Positions 8,726-19,087 of a stretch of 64,000 nucleotides of DNA are shown piece after piece. How positions within the stretch are numbered: position 1 is the first letter of the stretch; every line of letters starts with the position of its first letter. The notes beneath the pieces are model-generated. The model saw nothing but the letters and a program-made list of their open reading frames with translations. It ran no database searches and had not been told where the DNA came from. The DNA is taken from positions 1-64,000 of the IMG/VR virus record IMGVR_UViG_3300033182_000980, one strand, 5' to 3'. The position numbers were made by a program, and so were the translations under genes.

Positions 8726-11338
8726 TTAAACTTCAAATCCACCAAAGAGAACATCACCTAACTCTTCATGTGAGGGTGCATCATCAACAGACACATCTTC
8801 GCTTGCTGTTAAGTTGAACTCGTTAGCATCATAGTTATTAACGAATAGTGACGCTGTTTGCTCACTATCACTTGCGTTCGCCAATCGGATCATCTCTTGC
8901 TGATAAGAATGAGGACTCTCAACGATCTCATCTGCCGAAGCGATGATTGGCTTATTGTACTTCTGACAAGATCCTCCAGAGTTGAACACGCATGAACCAC
9001 ACTTAGATGTCTTGAGGAGTGTAGGGATTTGATTAGCTCTATGAACTAATGCACCCTTATCACAACCCTCAACACCATTGGTCATGTATGCTGATGCGTC
9101 TACATAAGCATGACCAGATAGACCCTCATGCTCTGCTCTGATGGAGGCAATCCTTGAGCTGTACTCATTGACTACATTTTGATTAAATCGTGTAGCGATC
9201 AATACATCTAACTCTTCACCAGCCGCACCCTCACTCATTTTTTGCCTTACCCATGTGGCAACCTTCTTCTCGGTTGCTGTCATGGCATTTGATTTCTTGT
9301 TGCCAAGAATGTGAGCTGTTTGTTCTCCTTGATACCGAGTAGCGTCAGTTGGTTTAGAAGCGAGGTCAAATGCTTTGCGTACAAAGTCGTTAGGGTCTTT
9401 GATGTTTTTGACCCGATCATAATCCTCTTGGGAAAGGAGTCCAGACTTGAGGAGCTTGTCTACTTTAGCATGAGACTCTTTCCATAAGTTTGCACTCGCC
9501 ATCTTTTGTCTACTGGGGAGAGCTTCAATGGTCATCTTTCTGCTTTTGACCATACGATGTTCTTTGACATCATATTGGTTGTATGTCTCAACTCTCTTTG
9601 GTTTTGAGATGTGTCTTAATACAGAGGACACCTTTTGTTCGGGTGTCTTACCCTTAGCTACCTTCTGTACTTCCTCCACAGAAATCAATCCGGAGTTAAC
9701 TAACTTAGAGATTTGAACCATTGCCGATTTTTGACGAGACTCTAGTTCACGACTACTCTTTTGGGGCACATGGGCGTTAGCGTCCATCTGATGCTTACGC
9801 ATATTGTGATAGGAAGCGTTCTTACCTTGACCCTCATAAGTTGAGGACAGACTCTCAATGTTCTTAGCGATATGATCGAATACGGCTTTAACCTTACCTT
9901 CTGGAGATTCGTGTCGTGAGGTGATAGTGGATGCTTCTTTAGCTGTGATCATCCCTGCCTTAACAATACGACCAATCTTATCTTTAGCCGAAGCGAAGCG
10001 TTGTTCGAGGTTCAGTTCAGAACGAGTCTTAAAGTTTTCCTCGATTTTGCTCTTATGTGGGGTGTGGGCTTTAACTCCCATACCTTGACCTTGGTAAGAA
10101 CCTGATTCACTTGGTGTGCTCGCTAACTCATAGAGGCGTTCGATCTTCTTTGAAGCCGTTCTGTTGGATTCAACGACAGCGGATACTTGCTCCTCATCAA
10201 GAAATCCTTGATTGACAAGCTGACTTGCGATCCGATTGAGCTTCATCTCAATCTTTGATTGCTCAACATCCTCGGAGGAAGCGACAAAGATGTTTTCTTC
10301 TCTGGCGTTCTCTAGTTCTCTACGAGCATGGTCTAGGGAGATAAGGCTGGATTGATCGAGCTGAGTCGGAAACCATGTTGCAGATTTCTCTTGTCTATCT
10401 ACACGACCCTCAATGAGATCAATAAAGGCAGTCTGTAAACGAGCCTTAGCAGATCCAGATGCGAGGCGTACCCCATAAGACTCTAGCTTAGGGAGTAAGT
10501 TCTTAGCGGCTCTGTTCCAAGGTACTTCATTAACGACTTCCATACCTAAGAAGCGATCAAAGGCACAGTCTTTATTCTTAGGGATGATGTACATGGCTGT
10601 GGCACAACGCTTGTTGATGACCTCATCCCACCGACCATTGAACAGACCAGGGAAGTGTTCTTCTTTAATGTAGACACGACCATGTAGACCATACTCGGAA
10701 GCGAGCTTGGATTTGACCTCTAGGACTTGTGATTCATCAACCTCTGACAAGACTACATTCATAGGGTGTCCATAAGCGAGCTTACGGATGTTACGCTCCA
10801 TCTCTTCCCTATAGTCATCACCAGGTAGTTGAGACTGTTCGTCTGTGTAGTTGTTTTTATAAGGTGCGTGATACCTATTCTCATTCGGAATGATGTCAAG
10901 ACCTGTAGTGCTAGTCTGACCCCATGACTGCTCAAGAGATTTAAGCTGATTGTTCGATGGGTTATTCATGTGGCCTTCAGCGAGGTCTTTATAGACCTGC
11001 TCTAGTTCGGCAGTTCCGCTAAGGTCGGGTTCGGGCTGAGAAGCGAGCCATGAATGATCTACTAAAGTCACATCTTGAGTTGCTTCACGAGTGATCTCAC
11101 CCATATTAAGATCAGCTTGATGCTCTACACCATCGGGGAGCATTGAGATGCCCGAACTATCGAGGGGAATCATCCCACTAGGAAGATCAGCTAAACCTCT
11201 TGCTTCGGGGAGTCGGGCTTTCTCTTGAGGACCGCCACCGTATTCGGTGTCGAAATGAAAACCATCCATCATGTAGTTTGACCCTTGAGTAAGGGTATAT
11301 CCACCATTAGGCATATAGCTTTTGTTCTTACTACTCAT
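8726..11338 (-). CDS. Large probable virion protein with internal repeats and Cys-rich C-terminus
   Basis: 870 aa; four related L..G.(I/L)...E units, mostly followed by Y.G(Q/E); CGSC..C cluster. Confidence 0.6.
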   Translation of the reverse strand: MSSKNKSYMPNGGYTLTQGSNYMMDGFHFDTEYGGGPQEKARLPEARGLADLPSGMIPLDSSGISMLPDGVEHQADLNMGEITREATQDVTLVDHSWLASQPEPDLSGTAELEQVYKDLAEGHMNNPSNNQLKSLEQSWGQTSTTGLDIIPNENRYHAPYKNNYTDEQSQLPGDDYREEMERNIRKLAYGHPMNVVLSEVDESQVLEVKSKLASEYGLHGRVYIKEEHFPGLFNGRWDEVINKRCATAMYIIPKNKDCAFDRFLGMEVVNEVPWNRAAKNLLPKLESYGVRLASGSAKARLQTAFIDLIEGRVDRQEKSATWFPTQLDQSSLISLDHARRELENAREENIFVASSEDVEQSKIEMKLNRIASQLVNQGFLDEEQVSAVVESNRTASKKIERLYELASTPSESGSYQGQGMGVKAHTPHKSKIEENFKTRSELNLEQRFASAKDKIGRIVKAGMITAKEASTITSRHESPEGKVKAVFDHIAKNIESLSSTYEGQGKNASYHNMRKHQMDANAHVPQKSSRELESRQKSAMVQISKLVNSGLISVEEVQKVAKGKTPEQKVSSVLRHISKPKRVETYNQYDVKEHRMVKSRKMTIEALPSRQKMASANLWKESHAKVDKLLKSGLLSQEDYDRVKNIKDPNDFVRKAFDLASKPTDATRYQGEQTAHILGNKKSNAMTATEKKVATWVRQKMSEGAAGEELDVLIATRFNQNVVNEYSSRIASIRAEHEGLSGHAYVDASAYMTNGVEGCDKGALVHRANQIPTLLKTSKCGSCVFNSGGSCQKYNKPIIASADEIVESPHSYQQEMIRLANASDSEQTASLFVNNYDANEFNLTASEDVSVDDAPSHEELGDVLFGGFEV

Positions 11339-11958
11339 TTTTTGACCTTTCTTGGTGATGAGAAATCTCTCTTAGGAATGTCCTTACCCTCCGAGTCTTT
11401 TTCAATCTCGCCCTCTTCTACCTCTATAGCCCAACCTTCGGGGTCATCTTTCATTTCCTCAATCTCGTCCATGACTTGATTGAGCATCTTGTCTTGTTCA
11501 ACTTTCCAATGATCAGCAGTGATTTCATCATAGAGGGTATCAGACATAGCAGAGAGAGCTTCTACTACATTCATGTACTGCCTACGGATCGCTTTGATTT
11601 CCATAATGTAGCCACGACCACCTAGATTACCATCGGGGCTAATGTCTCTTGATTTGATCTTGGCAAATGTAGTGTATGCACTCATTGAATGACCAAGAGC
11701 AGATAAGGTAGACCTAAGAACCTTAGCTATGTTCTTATTGCACTTTTGATTGAAAGTGTGGTTCGGATCCATATTGCGTTGACTTGGAGGGTGTTGCCCC
11801 CAAGCCCAAGCATTTGAGTCATCGCCATGATCTTTAATGAAGCGAACTTCACCAGCAGTCTTAACCCTACCTGCTGTCTTTGATCGGGCGTTAATCTTAC
11901 GAGCTTGCTTTATAAGCATATAGCGTTCAGCTACTGCTCTTGGGTTCGCCTTTGTCAT
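11335..11958 (-). CDS. Hypothetical late protein
   Basis: 207 aa; AVAERYM and KTAG motifs; motif B and hairpin upstream. Confidence 0.65.
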   Translation of the reverse strand: MTKANPRAVAERYMLIKQARKINARSKTAGRVKTAGEVRFIKDHGDDSNAWAWGQHPPSQRNMDPNHTFNQKCNKNIAKVLRSTLSALGHSMSAYTTFAKIKSRDISPDGNLGGRGYIMEIKAIRRQYMNVVEALSAMSDTLYDEITADHWKVEQDKMLNQVMDEIEEMKDDPEGWAIEVEEGEIEKDSEGKDIPKRDFSSPRKVKK

Positions 11959-11960
11959 AA

Positions 11961-12013
11961 TATACTCTCTCTTTCTAAATCTTACTGAAAGAGAGAGTAT
12001 AAATAGACTATTA
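11961..12013 (-). promoter_or_regulatory. Motif B plus perfect 15-bp RBS hairpin
   Basis: TATACTCTCTCTTTC (11961-11975)/GAAAGAGAGAGTATA (11987-12001) overlapping TAATAGTCTATTTATA. Confidence 0.65.
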
Positions 12014-12020
12014 AAAAACC

Positions 12021-13085
12021 TTAGAGGCTCTGTCGAAGATGCTCTTCAACTACAGCCTTGAGACGAGCACGAAGGTCGTCTTTCCATTCTCTCTCGGAAG
12101 GCATCTCTGAAGCCTTAGCGATAAAGTACACAGTACCTACTGTTGGGTTAGCGTTGGTGAACCCCTGTGAAACTGTATCGAGGCTAAAGTAGAACGCATC
12201 GTCCTTTTCCCTATGTCCTGCACCCTTCATCTCACCCTCATAGTAGATCTTACCATAATCAGCAAGACCGCCCTCTACGAGATCATCGAACTCACCAGAA
12301 AGAAGAGTTTGACGAGTCCGATCTACATTAGATTTCTCTGCGTACTGCTTACGAATAGCTGGAACAGGAAGTTTGCCACCACGCTCATAAACCATTACAA
12401 AGTTTCCAACCTTTGGCTGTGTGATCGCTTTCTGATAGTGAGCGAGGCTCTTGAACTTGGCACGATAGATACCAACACCATTGTGTGGAGAGAGAGCTTT
12501 CTCTCTCATATCAGCAAGGATCTTATTTACTTGGTTAGTATCACCCTTAGCCTCGGCCTTTTCGAGCTTCTTGGTTAGACCACCAATGCCTCGTGCTGGC
12601 ATAACAGCTTTGAACTCGAACTTCTTGCTTCCAACTCGACCTGTTGTGGTGTCGATTGGAGAAAGCTGATAGATGCAAAGCTCACGAAGGTCAGCAGGCT
12701 CGATACGAGCGACAACGATGCAGTATTGCTCGTTTTCTGGAGTATGCTCAAGAACACCACAGTTTCTCTTGTTGTCGGGGTGGATGCACTTTGAGGGGTC
12801 AACATGAACAATCTCGCCCACCTCAAGAGGACCACTCTTCGATTTGGGTCTAGCTTCTCCAGGCTGACGAATCTTAACACCTGCACCTGCGAGGTATGAC
12901 TTAACCTCATTAGCACTCATGCCTTGTGGGTTAGACATTTTTGCCCAAGCCGCAAATGCAGCCGCATCGTCTGTATTAAGAGCAGTTGCGATTCGGTCGG
13001 TCTTGAGGAGGTTGATGAGTTTAGCCTTGAGAGCTGGATCTTTCTGAGCGAGTTTCAGTAGTTGTTCTCTTTGTGTCTTGTCCAT
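12021..13085 (-). CDS. Hypothetical late protein
   Basis: 354 aa; AAGGAG RBS; motif B at 13130-13145. Confidence 0.65.
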   Translation of the reverse strand: MDKTQREQLLKLAQKDPALKAKLINLLKTDRIATALNTDDAAAFAAWAKMSNPQGMSANEVKSYLAGAGVKIRQPGEARPKSKSGPLEVGEIVHVDPSKCIHPDNKRNCGVLEHTPENEQYCIVVARIEPADLRELCIYQLSPIDTTTGRVGSKKFEFKAVMPARGIGGLTKKLEKAEAKGDTNQVNKILADMREKALSPHNGVGIYRAKFKSLAHYQKAITQPKVGNFVMVYERGGKLPVPAIRKQYAEKSNVDRTRQTLLSGEFDDLVEGGLADYGKIYYEGEMKGAGHREKDDAFYFSLDTVSQGFTNANPTVGTVYFIAKASEMPSEREWKDDLRARLKAVVEEHLRQSL

Positions 13086-13142
13086 GACGGATCTCCTTTA
13101 AATGAAAAAACTGACACTACATAGCGAGCTATAAACAAACTA

Positions 13143-13592
13143 TTAAAGACTCTCTGCCGACACCCCATGCTCTGATAGATACTTTAATCCCTCTTGGTGG
13201 ACATCAGTCTGTAAAGGGGCATACACTTTAATGATGCCTGCATGATGGATTGCCTTTGCACACATAAGGCATGGATCACATGAGGTGAAGATCCACTTAC
13301 CCATCGTAGACATACCGTTTCGAGTGGCATTTAAGATCGCATTGATTTCTGCATGATGACATCCGACATCATTTTGAGTACCGCTTTTGACACCGTACCG
13401 ATCACGCAAACAGTCCGACCCCCCACATAAATCTCCATTACCTCCTCTCGGCGGCCCATTATATCCTTCACTCACAACAACATTACTATCGGGGTCTACG
13501 ATCACAGAACCCACTTTCCTACGACAACAAGTGCTTGCAGAGGCGATAAGGGTGCATTGTTGCTTTCGGATTTCGATGTGTTTGAGCTTCAT
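13143..13592 (-). CDS. dCMP deaminase
   Basis: STC.RRKVG, GYNG, HAEINA, PCLMC; start taken at MKLKHIE. Confidence 0.9.
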   Translation of the reverse strand: MKLKHIEIRKQQCTLIASASTCCRRKVGSVIVDPDSNVVVSEGYNGPPRGGNGDLCGGSDCLRDRYGVKSGTQNDVGCHHAEINAILNATRNGMSTMGKWIFTSCDPCLMCAKAIHHAGIIKVYAPLQTDVHQEGLKYLSEHGVSAESL

Positions 13593-13652
13593 ATTCTTTA
13601 GATACCTTTCGCTTATAGAGTGAGGAGAATATACCCTCAGAATGGAGTCCAC

Positions 13653-14942
13653 ATGACAAAGGCAGTTTTGTTAGATACGAGTGTTCTAATACACGACCCT
13701 ACCTCTATGACCTCTTTTGGAGATGATACCGAAGTCCTCATTCCAATCTATGTTATTATGGAGCTTGATGTCCTCAAAGACACACCAAAGCGTGAGAAAT
13801 CCCATGTCGCTCACCTTGCCCGACAAGCCTCAAACCTCATCCTTGAGCTACAGCCACAAGGTAAGGTCAAAGTAGTCTCTCACGATGGTGAGATCAGCAT
13901 CCGATCTTTAGATCGTGCTAATCAGATTAGGTATGTAGACCTACTCATTCTACAAACTGCTATCCACCTTAAAGATGATTATGATTTAACTCTAGTATCA
14001 AGAGACATCAACCTTCGTATCATCTGTGAGTCCGTAGGGGTTAAATCAGACGACTACACATCAGACACAAGCACAGATACTCTTAATGGCATCGGACTCA
14101 AAGAGTTCGTACCCGATGTTGTCTTAATGAACCAGCTCGTTAAATCATATTGGCAAGGGGCTGTTAGACTCCCACACGAGTTTGATACCCCTTTCCATGA
14201 AAACCAATACGGATGGTTTATAGCACCAGGTGAAAAGACACATCTATTCGTACACAGAGATAACTCACTTTTCCCTGTAGATAAGGTGCGTACCGAGAAA
14301 GCTAAACCTAGAAATCTTGAGCAACGAGCCGCACTTGACGCTCTATTAGATCAAGACATTGAGCTAGTCTGTCTCTTAGGTAAAGCAGGCACAGGTAAGA
14401 CCTTTCTTGCATTAGCTGCCGCTCTGGAGCAGGCTCACACATATCAGCGTATATTGCTCTCGAAGCCTGTCGTTGATGTGGGTAATGGTATCGGCTTCTT
14501 GCCTGGTTCTTTATCCGAGAAACTTGAGCCTTGGATGCAGAGCTTCTTTGATAACCTCGATCAGATCAACCCTCTTTGGGACGCTGGTCCAATGGGTGGG
14601 GAGATGGGTAGCAAAGAGGGCTTCCTTGAGAAGAACCAGATTGAGATCCAACCTATCCACTCTATTAGAGGTCGCTCACTTAAGAGTGCGTTTATGATTA
14701 TTGATGAGGCACAGAACCTCACCAAGCATGAGATCAAATCAATCATCACAAGAGCGGCAGAGGGGACGAAGGTTGTCCTCTTAGGCGATCCTTATCAGAT
14801 AGACCACCCTTACCTCACCAAGCAATCTAATGGTCTTGTGTATGTGATTGAGCGTATGCTGGATCAGCCTTTATTTGCGTGTGTGAGTCTACATAAGTCA
14901 GAAAGGTCAAGTCTCTCTGATATAGCGGCTGACTTGCTTTAA
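13653..14942 (+). CDS. phoH: PIN-domain PhoH-like ATPase
   Basis: PIN LLDTSVL; GKAGTGKT, GFLPG, RGRSL, IIDEAQN, GDPYQID. Confidence 0.92.
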   Translation: MTKAVLLDTSVLIHDPTSMTSFGDDTEVLIPIYVIMELDVLKDTPKREKSHVAHLARQASNLILELQPQGKVKVVSHDGEISIRSLDRANQIRYVDLLILQTAIHLKDDYDLTLVSRDINLRIICESVGVKSDDYTSDTSTDTLNGIGLKEFVPDVVLMNQLVKSYWQGAVRLPHEFDTPFHENQYGWFIAPGEKTHLFVHRDNSLFPVDKVRTEKAKPRNLEQRAALDALLDQDIELVCLLGKAGTGKTFLALAAALEQAHTYQRILLSKPVVDVGNGIGFLPGSLSEKLEPWMQSFFDNLDQINPLWDAGPMGGEMGSKEGFLEKNQIEIQPIHSIRGRSLKSAFMIIDEAQNLTKHEIKSIITRAAEGTKVVLLGDPYQIDHPYLTKQSNGLVYVIERMLDQPLFACVSLHKSERSSLSDIAADLL

Positions 14943-15151
14943 CTCTTAACATAGACCTTTAAGACACCGTTCACCATTTGAACAGATACATCACCTGTCA
15001 TGTGGTGTTCGGTAGTCTGTAAACCATCTTTATCCTCATGGATAAGGACGACTTTATTGAACCCCTTAGCCTCTTGTCTATCTACCCCGACATAGATAAC
15101 AGGCTGGGTGATTTCTTGTGCTTCTTCAAAGCTCTTAACTGGATCGCTCAT
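14939..15151 (-). CDS. Hypothetical protein
   Basis: 70 aa ORF with AGGAG RBS. Confidence 0.55.
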   Translation of the reverse strand: MSDPVKSFEEAQEITQPVIYVGVDRQEAKGFNKVVLIHEDKDGLQTTEHHMTGDVSVQMVNGVLKVYVKS

Positions 15152-15197
15152 GGTCTTGCTCCTATATGAGTGGGTTATTCATATAGGAGCAAGTCAT

Positions 15198-16274
15198 TTA
15201 ATCTTTAATGATCTCGATGTTAGTGACCTGGATGTTCTTAGCGTCAAAGATCACAACCTCTGGCTCACCATTTACAAGGTGTTCCCCACCATACCAAACG
15301 ATAGCGTCATAACCCTCTCGTCTTGCTGACTTAGCCTCTTTCAAGTCACGAACCAACTTGACATTGTTTGCTCTGACCTTGCAAGTAAGGACTTTAGGGA
15401 GGATGGAGTCTGGACTTATGCCTAAGTTTTCCAATGAGTACGCTACGGCATCTCTCCCACTAGAAGAGCTACCACTAAACATTGAAAAGAGATCACCTAG
15501 CGTATCTGCTTGAGCTTGGCTCATTCCATGTGAACCCTCTATAGCGTCAACCACATCAACTAGATCGTTCATGTCTATCCCGATTGTGTCAAGATACTGA
15601 CCACGAGTCATTCCAGAGGGGGCTTTCTCCATCATCATTTCCGTGAGCTTATCATCCCACCCATGATGATAAAGATGGTCTGCATATTGATAGACCTCAG
15701 AGGGTAAACCTTTCTTTAAGAGGGGGAACACCTCGTCATAAGTGATAACAGAGTTCCTACCACTATCGGCATACTTGTAGGCTGTCTTTTTTGACACAGC
15801 GAAGAAGAACCCAGCCCCTATGTATTGAGGTTGGTTCAACAGTTCCTCCCTCATGTACTTAGCGTCAAAGGTCTTAAAATCACTTGTAGTTCCATGATAG
15901 ACAGTAATGGGTTTCCCACTATGTAAAAACTCTGTAAGTTCCTTATTGTAGAAGCTAACAGGTTCTGGGTGGTCTTGTCTTTCATAGTTGAAGCGTACCA
16001 TACCCTTACCAGCCTTCTTGATAAGGTAGCGTAAGACTACCTCATCAGACTTGGTGGCTTCCGAGGATAAGATATGTATCTTGCCATTGACCCACTTGGC
16101 GAAGTCTCCAAGCATAAGCCCCATTTTCTCTAAGACCCGACCATCAGTAAAGAGTGCCTTACCCTCTGCGGGTCTTTCCATGACAAAAGCGTCTATGACT
16201 TTTTTATCTTTAGTCGAAAGCCTGTAAGACGCTTTCATGTATCTATTGGCAACTCTTTGATATGGTTTCATCAT
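15198..16274 (-). CDS. ADP-ribosyltransferase-like protein
   Basis: VYHGT...GAGFFFA...AYKYA...GYDAIV...EVVIFD fits the ART fold of phage polyvalent proteins. Confidence 0.65.
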   Translation of the reverse strand: MMKPYQRVANRYMKASYRLSTKDKKVIDAFVMERPAEGKALFTDGRVLEKMGLMLGDFAKWVNGKIHILSSEATKSDEVVLRYLIKKAGKGMVRFNYERQDHPEPVSFYNKELTEFLHSGKPITVYHGTTSDFKTFDAKYMREELLNQPQYIGAGFFFAVSKKTAYKYADSGRNSVITYDEVFPLLKKGLPSEVYQYADHLYHHGWDDKLTEMMMEKAPSGMTRGQYLDTIGIDMNDLVDVVDAIEGSHGMSQAQADTLGDLFSMFSGSSSSGRDAVAYSLENLGISPDSILPKVLTCKVRANNVKLVRDLKEAKSARREGYDAIVWYGGEHLVNGEPEVVIFDAKNIQVTNIEIIKD

Positions 16275-16624
16275 AAAGTCCCGTCAAAGTCTTCATCTGG
16301 TTCTGGTTGACCAAGAGGTTTACTAGGTTTCTTAGGTGAGGGTGGCTTACCTCCCCCTCCATTCTGCTCAAGTGCGGTAGTCGCTACATGGGTGTACTTA
16401 TCAAGGGCGGCTTGCCCTAAGATGTACCCGATCTGAATAAAGCCACTCGTGACAATCATGGTAACGAGAACCATGAAGGCATAGTGGTCGATTTGAGTCT
16501 TGTACTCCCACACCACATAGAACATAAGGATCTTCCACCCGATGTCAGCGATGAGATAGGCGAGGAACTTTTTGCTCTTGAGGGGAACACTGCTTAGATT
16601 CGTTGGGTCATTCTTAGTAGCCAT
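16271..16624 (-). CDS. Small two-TM membrane protein (holin-like)
   Basis: LKSKKF followed by two TM segments and a charged tail. Confidence 0.45.
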   Translation of the reverse strand: MATKNDPTNLSSVPLKSKKFLAYLIADIGWKILMFYVVWEYKTQIDHYAFMVLVTMIVTSGFIQIGYILGQAALDKYTHVATTALEQNGGGGKPPSPKKPSKPLGQPEPDEDFDGTL

Positions 16625-16629
16625 GATTA

Positions 16630-17121
16630 TTACCTTTCTTTTTCATCAACCCAATAATCAACAAAGTATTTGAGTTGATCTTTGGTTATGCCTTTTATTT
16701 TTAGTTCAGCTTTAGCAATGCCATTTTCTTCACGAAAACGATCAAAATCTTCGTCTTTAAAGTAATCTACCTGATATGGATTTCCATCTGCATAGTAAAA
16801 GTAGATAGTGTCTCTGTTGTTATCATCTTCGTAGACCAAATCACCAAAATTCTCCATAAGGTCATCAGCAATGGATACTAGAGCCTCTGCAACGGCACTA
16901 TCCCTGTCATAGCCTTTACCTTTCTCATCGTACCTTATTTCCTCTTTGGCAATAACCCTGTCATTCTTATCGAGAATGATGTCTGTAAAGGTGTATGAGA
17001 GAGTGTGGGTGTAAGCGTCCCAGTCCAAGTCTCTGCTCCAGTCTGTGCGAGATGCTTGCCTCTCAAGGCGATCAATCCGAGTTTCAAGATCACGAATGAT
17101 CTCTGTTGCTGTTCTTCTCAT
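16630..17121 (-). CDS. MRRTASE-leader family protein 2
   Basis: MRRTATEIIRDLETRIDRLERQAS followed by an acidic domain. Confidence 0.8.
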   Translation of the reverse strand: MRRTATEIIRDLETRIDRLERQASRTDWSRDLDWDAYTHTLSYTFTDIILDKNDRVIAKEEIRYDEKGKGYDRDSAVAEALVSIADDLMENFGDLVYEDDNNRDTIYFYYADGNPYQVDYFKDEDFDRFREENGIAKAELKIKGITKDQLKYFVDYWVDEKER

Positions 17122-17132
17122 AGTGAGATCTC

Positions 17133-17483
17133 CTATTGGTTCACTCTAAGTTTAGAGCGTTTATTAGATGATGTGTTGACAGTTTTAGGGAGGTGATTGT
17201 TACCCATATTGATCCGAGTACCCATTGCCTTCTGAAACTTATCCTCTACGATCTGGGGGTAGTCTTTGGGCTTGGTGCTAAAGGCATAGATTTCGTTGAG
17301 TCGATACTGCTCTTCCTCGGTCATTCCAGGAAGGAGCTTCAAGAAATCGTCTCTTGCTTTCTGATTGTCGTTCGATAGGAACTCTAAGATCAAGTAAGCA
17401 GGGAGTACAGGCATATTGGTGGGGTCATCTTCCACACCCTTAAGAGTGTTTTCACCATTGGGTCTTATCCAAAAGTTTTCCAT
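17133..17483 (-). CDS. Hypothetical protein
   Basis: 116 aa; GAGGAG RBS in an imperfect hairpin; motif B at 17514-17529. Confidence 0.6.
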   Translation of the reverse strand: MENFWIRPNGENTLKGVEDDPTNMPVLPAYLILEFLSNDNQKARDDFLKLLPGMTEEEQYRLNEIYAFSTKPKDYPQIVEDKFQKAMGTRINMGNNHLPKTVNTSSNKRSKLRVNQ

Positions 17484-17542
17484 AACAATCTCCTCTCTTT
17501 TAAGTGGGGATTGTATAAAGGAACTATTAAAGGAGGTGTCTT

Positions 17543-17905
17543 GTGAAACGAAAGACCGTAATGAAGATCACAAGCAGTATGTTAGACTGCAAATGTAAAG
17601 GTGACGGATATATTTTCCTCAAGAAAGGGGGCATGATTAAATGCCCGACACATTATGCCTGTGCATCTAGCGAAGAGTATCGCTTAGAGATGCTAAGGCT
17701 TGAGTATCAGAACATGAGGAACTTCGTTCTCCTCATGCCTGAAATGAACTCAACCTTTATTGATCTCAGTTTGCCAACAACAGCTAAGGGTGTTGATAGG
17801 CACATAGGGGCAAACTTTGTGGTAGATACCCCAGAATCTTGGGTAAAGGCTATCCAACAATATGTGCGAGAATACCTACTCAACTACAAGGTGAAAGAAG
17901 AGTAG
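17543..17905 (+). CDS. Hypothetical Cys-motif protein
   Basis: AAGGAGG RBS; CKC.GDG...CP.H. Confidence 0.55.
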   Translation: MKRKTVMKITSSMLDCKCKGDGYIFLKKGGMIKCPTHYACASSEEYRLEMLRLEYQNMRNFVLLMPEMNSTFIDLSLPTTAKGVDRHIGANFVVDTPESWVKAIQQYVREYLLNYKVKEE

Positions 17906-17908
17906 CCA

Positions 17909-18481
17909 TTGAAGAAAAAGCTCCTAGAGGGTATAGATGCCTCTTTTGACCATTTTGTAATGCAACACCTAGACTCATACTCGAAAGTCTCCCTAAGCCA
18001 AGATAAAGACGCTCAAATAAGATCGTTCGTTAAATCGGTGATAGAGAAGAAGCGAGCCGAGGGTGGTCAATACTTTAAAGACCCAGAGTCATTAGCTAAG
18101 AGGTATCTAACAGGTTGGGGAGGGGAGTGTGCTGTTGAGAAATACATAGGAAAGCCTTTTGTGGACTTCACGATAGGAGACTCACACGACTACTATGTAC
18201 CCGACTTGAGATCGGCAGGGTATGAGGTAGGGGTAAAGACGGTCAACATGGGAGACTTCCCTCTATTGAGGAAGCCCACACCAAGTTCATCAAACACACC
18301 TCAGATTATCGTGATACGAGAGTCGAGGTACGATTTCTACATCTGTGGTTTGGCTACCTATGATGTAGTAAATGACCCCTCAAACTTTTCGCAGTTATTG
18401 GTGCGTAGTGGAGGGGTCTTAGAGGTCGGGGTCAAGTCAGCGTTTTATCGCTTTGACTTGCTCACCCCTCTTACATCTTAG
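17909..18481 (+). CDS. Possible PD-(D/E)xK-type nuclease
   Basis: GECAV...VPDL....VGVKT spacing resembles the restriction-endonuclease fold. Confidence 0.35.
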   Translation: MKKKLLEGIDASFDHFVMQHLDSYSKVSLSQDKDAQIRSFVKSVIEKKRAEGGQYFKDPESLAKRYLTGWGGECAVEKYIGKPFVDFTIGDSHDYYVPDLRSAGYEVGVKTVNMGDFPLLRKPTPSSSNTPQIIVIRESRYDFYICGLATYDVVNDPSNFSQLLVRSGGVLEVGVKSAFYRFDLLTPLTS

Positions 18482-19013
18482 CAAGTTCGCTTGGGCTATA
18501 TGCGAGGAAGTTCTCGTCCCATTCTTTACGAGGATCATCCTCAAAAGGAGGCATATCTGGTCCTGCGTAAGCTGTGATAAGACCTTGCCTACCACCACCT
18601 GCTGGAACGATGATAAGGGTAAGGATGTTAGTAGCCCTCATTGGTCGAGGACGACTGATAAGACGCTGTGGAGGGCGGCCTTCACCACGAGACTTGAAGA
18701 AAAACTCCTCATCTCTCATGTCGATGCGATCTCCCATTTTCTTACCCCAAAGACGAGTCTCGCCTCGGAAGCCAGGTACTTTGAGAGAGGTAGCACCGTT
18801 AGGCATACCCATATCTTCCCACATCTCAAAAGCCTTAGCGAGAGACTTAGCGTCAAACTCTTTAGCGTGGGTTTTAAAGTGAGTTGAAAGAAGCTCGATG
18901 TCATTGCGAGCAAGGAAGTCCTCAACAACCGAGTCTACTGACCCTGCTTGTCTTTCAAGACGGGCAACTCGTTGCTCAAGGCTTCTGATTACTTCTGATG
19001 CTGTTCTTCTCAT
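18471..19013 (-). CDS. MRRTASE-leader family protein 3
   Basis: MRRTASEVIRSLEQRVARLERQAG. Confidence 0.8.
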   Translation of the reverse strand: MRRTASEVIRSLEQRVARLERQAGSVDSVVEDFLARNDIELLSTHFKTHAKEFDAKSLAKAFEMWEDMGMPNGATSLKVPGFRGETRLWGKKMGDRIDMRDEEFFFKSRGEGRPPQRLISRPRPMRATNILTLIIVPAGGGRQGLITAYAGPDMPPFEDDPRKEWDENFLAYSPSELAKM

Positions 19014-19087
19014 AGTGAGATCTCCTTATTGGGGTTGTGGGTGTAAGAACAATAAATGGCTTCAATAAACAATCTACAAATAAGGGG

